From Hemiscyllium ocellatum (Eukaryota): a DNA stretch of 64,000 nt. Both the position numbers and the translations under genes were made by a program. Shown piece by piece: positions 58,731 through 64,000 of the stretch. The notes beneath the pieces were generated by a model. That model did not search any database and was not told where the DNA came from. It was given only the letters and a program-made list of their open reading frames with translations. Numbering within the stretch: the stretch's first letter is position 1; every line of letters starts with the position of its first letter. The DNA lies in NCBI RefSeq assembly GCF_020745735.1, contig NC_083403.1:68047003-68111002 (forward strand), given 5' to 3'.

Positions 58731-61700
58731 TAGCTTTCTCATGTTTAGCTATACTCACAGGTCTGACATCCTTTTACAGAGACATCTTGGTGTCAAACGT
58801 TGGCTTCTTCAGAACTCTGTAATGTTGCACTCTATCTTGACCTAGCTCCAAAAAAAAATCACTCAAAACTGTTGACATTGTCTTATGGCAAACTTGAATA
58901 AATTCTGCCCCTGTCGAGCATGAAACTCCAATTTATTGTGGGCATTATTCTATTGGATTTGCCATTCTGCCAGTGGTAAGGGTTGACAACTAAATCAAGA
59001 CCACAATTTTATATTATCTAAATTTAACACATCACATTTTCATTCCAAATAATGCTGAATGTGGAGCAGAGCTGATTAGTCAGCTGAAAGGACTAGTAGA
59101 TAGTAATCAGTAGGAGGTCTCTTTACCCATGCTTGACCTGATACGTGAAACTGTATACTATTGTGGCAATTTTTCTGGTGTGTGTGCCTTGTCTGTGGAC
59201 AGGTAATGCCGAAGAATAGGGATGGTGCCTGGGACATTGTATGCAAGGTATGATTCTATGAGTATGATTTTGTCAGGCTGTTCTTAACTAGTTGGTGGGA
59301 CAACTCTCCCAATTTGGCATAAGCCCCATGATATTAGTAAGGATGACTTTGCAAGTTCGACAGGGCTGTGTGTGCTGGTGTCATTTCAGGTATTTTGGTC
59401 AAGAGTCATGGGTTGGCCTGGTTTCTTTACTATTATCAGACTTTGAAGCAGTTTGATATAACTGAGTGTCTGGCTAGGCCATTTCAAATGGCAGTTAAAA
59501 GTCAACTACATTGCTGTAGATCTGGAGTATGCAACATGTAGACTAGACCAAGTGAGGATGGCAGATTTCCCTTCCCTAAAGGACATGAGTACACTTGATG
59601 GGTTGTTACAACAGTTAATAATGGTCACCTTTATTTAATTTCAGGTTTTAATTCCACATATATTAATTGAATTCAAATTTCACCATCTGCCCTGATAGGG
59701 TTCAAACCTGTATCCATAAGACCATAAGACATAGGAGTGGAAGTAAGACCATTCGGCCCATCGAGTCCACTCTGCCATTCAATCATGGCTGATGGGCATT
59801 TCAACTCCACTTACCAGACTGGCCTGTATCTCTCAATTAGCAATATACAACTGCAACCCCAATAATATTTTATATACTGTGCGATTATGTTTCTATAAGT
59901 TTTAGAGGTACAACATCATTGCGACTAGTTGTACTTATATTGTTAGAATCATGGAATAACATTTCTTTGTATAGAAGTAGTGCATCTGCCAAGTAAGCAT
60001 TGTAGATTATTAATATTGCGTTACCATACGAGTGTGTTAATTTTTCTTCCCTTGGTACCTTGAAATGATTTACTAATATTTGTTGTCTGTGCAAAGATTT
60101 GGTATGGAAATTTTCTTTGGTCATTAAGACACTGTTAATAAACTTCAGAAAAGAACACCAGAAATGTTCTGGTCAGGAATAGACTAAATATATAGGTTAA
60201 GTACAAACCATGCCTAGCACAGTCCTCAAACTGTTCATTAATCGCCCATGAAGGAGTTGCATTAAATCTAAACTATGTAAGAGAAAAATATTGGCAATCA
60301 AAATATTGTCCCTGTACTGTACACTTGTTGGGGATAGCTTTACAAGATCATGCTCCTATACAGGGCAATAATTTGGGCATATTTTTAAATAACGAGCAGA
60401 ATATTTATAGAAAAGCTAAATACCGGATTCTTGCCTCATTATATTCAATGAATTGCAGTGGCATGTTAATTTTCTTTTGGGACAACCTAAATATGTTAAT
60501 TGTTTAAAAAGTGCTTAATTGCTTAAAGTGAGCATACTATTATTTAAATGCCACATAACAGTGACAGTGGTTTATGTTGGAAATTCATTGTTGGAATAAA
60601 AGCTGTTAGAAATGGAAGTCATACAAAATCTGTACTAATTAAAGCTCAAACAGCTTTCATGCTTTCAAAATTGAACTATGATCACATAATACTTAGAAAG
60701 AAAAAGCCTTATTACATAAGATGGATAAAGTTTGAAATTCGATAGTATTGCACCTGTTTTTCAGGCACAATAAAAGGTGCATGGAGATCAAATTTAGAAT
60801 GCTGACCTCCCATGTTCAGCTCGGGTTGGTAAAGCATGCAACTTCATGTTGGTTCCAGGGCTGCAGTGACAGGCCAGACAGCTGCTTCATACAGGCACTA
60901 GGCACGTTAAATGTGTTGATACAGCGCTAATGCCCACCAAGGACATTGTTTAAACTTGAATGCATCAGGTGTTGAATCTCCTGAATTTAGATGTGCAATG
61001 TTTACTGACTGGCAGGAATAGGTGGCTATCAACACAACAGTACTTAAACTGAAGGTAAAAGTGGGGAGGGACAGCGTGGGAGTTTTTCACGGTTCCACAT
61101 TATAATTGTGAACCTCAATCAGCTACCACCCACCATAATGCCCACTCAGTCTCTGGCCATATAGACTCACCCCTTAAGAAGGAAACTTTAATTTCCTACC
61201 AGATTCTCCTGAACAACCACTGTGGGTGGGAAATAATTAGAAATCATGTTTACACTGGATAGCAATTGTCTTGCTTAAAAGCTCAAGGAAATTCTCAGTG
61301 AAAGAACTTTAAAGAGTGTACAATAAAAATCATTTACAAGTGTGATTCATAGTTTGTGCTTCTGGCTCATATGTCCATAGTCTATGTTGAAAATTTAGCC
61401 ACAAACTGTAAATGTAAATCATGTAGAATTTCTGAATATGCTAGAATTTCTGATATGTGCTGTTGGCAGATGAGGTTTCCTGCCAGGATCAGGAAGTTGG
61501 TCAGAGGATTATGTGCAGTGCACACTGGAATCTCAAATATGCTCTACTGGTGGGCAAGGCTCCCTGCCAAAATATAAAGTTGGAATATAAATTCTTTAAA
61601 GATATGCTACTGTGTTCAGAATGATTGTATTTGAAAATGAATGATTCCAGGCCCCTTTATTTTGACTGTGAGTTGGTGAACATAATGAAATATTTTAGAG

Positions 61701-62137
61701 AGCACAATTCAAAATTTCTGTATAATCTTGAACATTCATTAAGAGAAATCACAAGATGTATTCCAGTCTTTCAGTTTTCTCTTCTAACCATTTAGAACTT
61801 GCAGTTAGAAACATGAATTGGGTTTTCATGCATTTACTTGAGAATGTTTTGAAAGATTTGCAAACTGTCTGCAATGAGTTCTGAATGCATACAATGCTGT
61901 ATCCACAGTGTTCCAAGGGAGGTTAGTTTTAGCGATTATAAAGCTATTCGTTAAAATACAGTTCTGTTTTAATATACCCAGCAATCCAGTTATATTGGGT
62001 AGAGATTTTAATGACTAAGAATACATTCAGATTATGGCTGGTTAAAATGTGAATGATTAATCTTAGCCCACCTCAACAGTTCACACCAAACTTATCAGTG
62101 AGATTTAGATTTGAAAAGATGGGCTTCAAAGCTAAAT

Positions 62138-63505
62138 AGGTAAAAACAATGACTGCAGATGCTGGAAACCAGATTCTGGATTAGTGGTGCTGGAAAAGCA
62201 CAGCAGTTCAGGCATCCGAGGAGCAGGAAAATTGACGTTTCGGGCAAAAGCCCTTCATCAGGAATAGAGGCAGGGTGCCAAGGGTGGAGAGATAAATGAG
62301 AGGAGGGTGGGGGTGGGGAGAAAGTAGCATAGAGTACAATAGGTGAGTGGGGGTGGGGATGAAGGTGATAGGTCAGGGAGGAGGGTGGGGGAAGGTAGCA
62401 AAGAGTACAATGGGAGTGGGATGAAGGATATAGGTCAGAGAGGAGGGTGGAGTGGATAGGTGGAAAAGAAGATAAGCAGGAAGGACAAGTCATGGGGACA
62501 GTGCTGAGCTGGAAGTTTGGAACTGGGGTGAGGTGGGGGAAGAGGAAATGAGGAAATGGTGAAGTCCACATTGATGCCTTGGGGTTGAAGTGTTCCGAAG
62601 CGGAAGGTGAGGCGTTCTTCCTCCAGGCGTCAGGTGGTGAGGGAGCGGCGGTGAAGGAGGCCCAGGACCTCCATGTCCTCGGCAGAGTGGGAGGGGGAGT
62701 TGAAATGTTGGGCCACAGGGTGGTGTGGTTGATTGGTGTGGGTGTCCGAGAGATGTTCCCTAAAGCGCTCTGCTAGGAGATGTCCACTCTCCCCAATGTG
62801 GAGGAGACCGCATCGGGAGCAACGGATACAATAAATGATATTAGTGGATGTGCAGGTAAACTTTGATGGATGTGGAAGGCTCCTTTAAGGCCTTGGATGG
62901 AGGTGAGGGAGGAGGTGTGGGCGCAGGTTTTGCAATTCCTGCAGTGGCAAAGGAAGGTGCCAGGACGGGAGGGTGGGCTGTAGGGGGGTGTGGACCTGAC
63001 CAGGTGGTCACAGAGGGAACGGTCTTTGCGGAAGGTGGAAAGGGGTGGGGAAGGAAATATATCCCTGGTGGTGGGGTCCGTTTGGAGGTGGCAAAAATGT
63101 CGGCGGATGATTTGGTTTATGTGAAGGTTGGTAGGGTGGAAGGTGTGCACCGGGGGGTTCTGTCCTTGTTACGGTTGGAGGGGTGGGGTCTGAGGGCAGA
63201 GGTGCAGGATGTGGACACGATGCGTTAGACGGCATCTTTAACCATGTGAGAAGGGAAAGAAGGAGGCCATTTGATGTGTTCTGTGGTGGAGGAGGAGGAG
63301 TTGGGAATACGGGATGGCATTTTTGCAGGAGCTAGGATGGGAAGAGGTGTGATCCAGGTAGCTGTGGGAGTCGGTGGGTTTGTAAAAAAATGTCGGTGTC
63401 AAGTCGGTTGTCATTAATGGAGATGGAGAGGTCCAGGAATGGGAGGGAGGTGTCAGAGATGGTCCAGGTAAATTTAAGGTCAGGGTGGAATGTGTTGGTG
63501 AAGCA
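62138..63505 (-). mobile_element. Penelope-like element (family A) 3' portion: RT C-terminus, GIY-YIG and terminal repeat
   Basis: ORF 62773-63150: TFHPTNLHINQIIRRHFCHLQTDPTTRDIFPSPPLSTFRKDRSLCDHLVRS..CHCRNCKTC; same family as 18444-19461. Confidence 0.9.
62234..62261 (-). ncRNA. Minimal hammerhead ribozyme motif (PLE family A), core intact
   Basis: Minus strand CTGATGA-A-GGGC-TTTT-GCCC-GAAA-CGTC; stem I weak. Confidence 0.65.
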
Positions 63506-63759
63506 AATATACAGCTTTATCTACAAATGGATGTATTCAAAAGCAGTTATTATGATTTAAAGATGGTGACAGAAGAGCTGAAGTAGGTTACTTTAAGTAA
63601 GGCAAGATTAAGCACTGATATTCGTGAGGTTACTATCTGAAGATGCACTCGTGTCTACAGCATTAGTGGTGGAGCTAATCTTGAAATGAGTTTCAATCTC
63701 AATTTTATATCCAATTGGCAAGCTCTCCAAGAATCCCATGTGATATAACATTTCTAATC

Positions 63760-64000
63760 AGTGTGCCATGCAGAACCTTGTCAAACGTTTTACTAAAGTC
63801 CATGTAAACAATGTCTACCACTTTCCCCTCATATATCTTTTTGGATATGTCCTCAAAAAAACTCAATCAAGTTTGTGAAACACGACTTTCCACACACAAA
63901 GTTCTACTCACTAGTTCTAATCATTCCTTTCCTCTCCAAATGCATGTAAATCCTATCTCTCAGAATCCCCTCTAACAACTTACCTACCACTGATGTCAGA
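63760..64000 (-). mobile_element. CR1 RT fragment running off the window end
   Basis: Colinear with 34125-34350 (aaccttgtcaaac..ttactaaagtccat..aaaaaactcaatcaag..ccctctaacaactt). Confidence 0.85.

Overview
Eukaryotic, AT-rich, repeat-dense genomic DNA, most likely from an elasmobranch (shark), judged by HE1/V-SINE-type SINEs with (AATCT)n tails and abundant CR1 and Penelope elements. Two host genes lie tail-to-tail. (1) The last two coding exons of tubulin epsilon (TUBE1, + strand, 2596-2770 and 4327-4485). (2) A complete five-exon CCN6/WISP3 gene on the - strand (56029..55982, 44300..44000, 30064..29810, 23860..23667, 20195..19920; 1074 nt, 357 aa, all introns GT-AG with consistent phases). 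Exons 1 and 5 of CCN6 and the last TUBE1 exon are absent from the ORF track and were read by hand. The rest is transposon-derived: a near full-length CR1 LINE with a zinc-finger/esterase ORF1, many CR1 fragments, tRNA-derived SINEs, a Rex1/Babar fragment, a solo LTR, a decayed pogo/Tigger transposase and at least three Penelope-like (PLE) families whose terminal repeats carry minimal hammerhead ribozyme motifs. Most notable: this CCN6 keeps all 38 canonical CCN cysteines, including the four VWC cysteines missing in mammalian CCN6. An intronic PLE has an intact hammerhead antisense to CCN6, while its sense-strand twin is mutated only in the catalytic core. The CCN6 promoter has a cluster of TEAD motifs and a sharp CpG-retention boundary running through a transposon fossil. 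All homology calls are by-eye recognition from memory; no database search was run.
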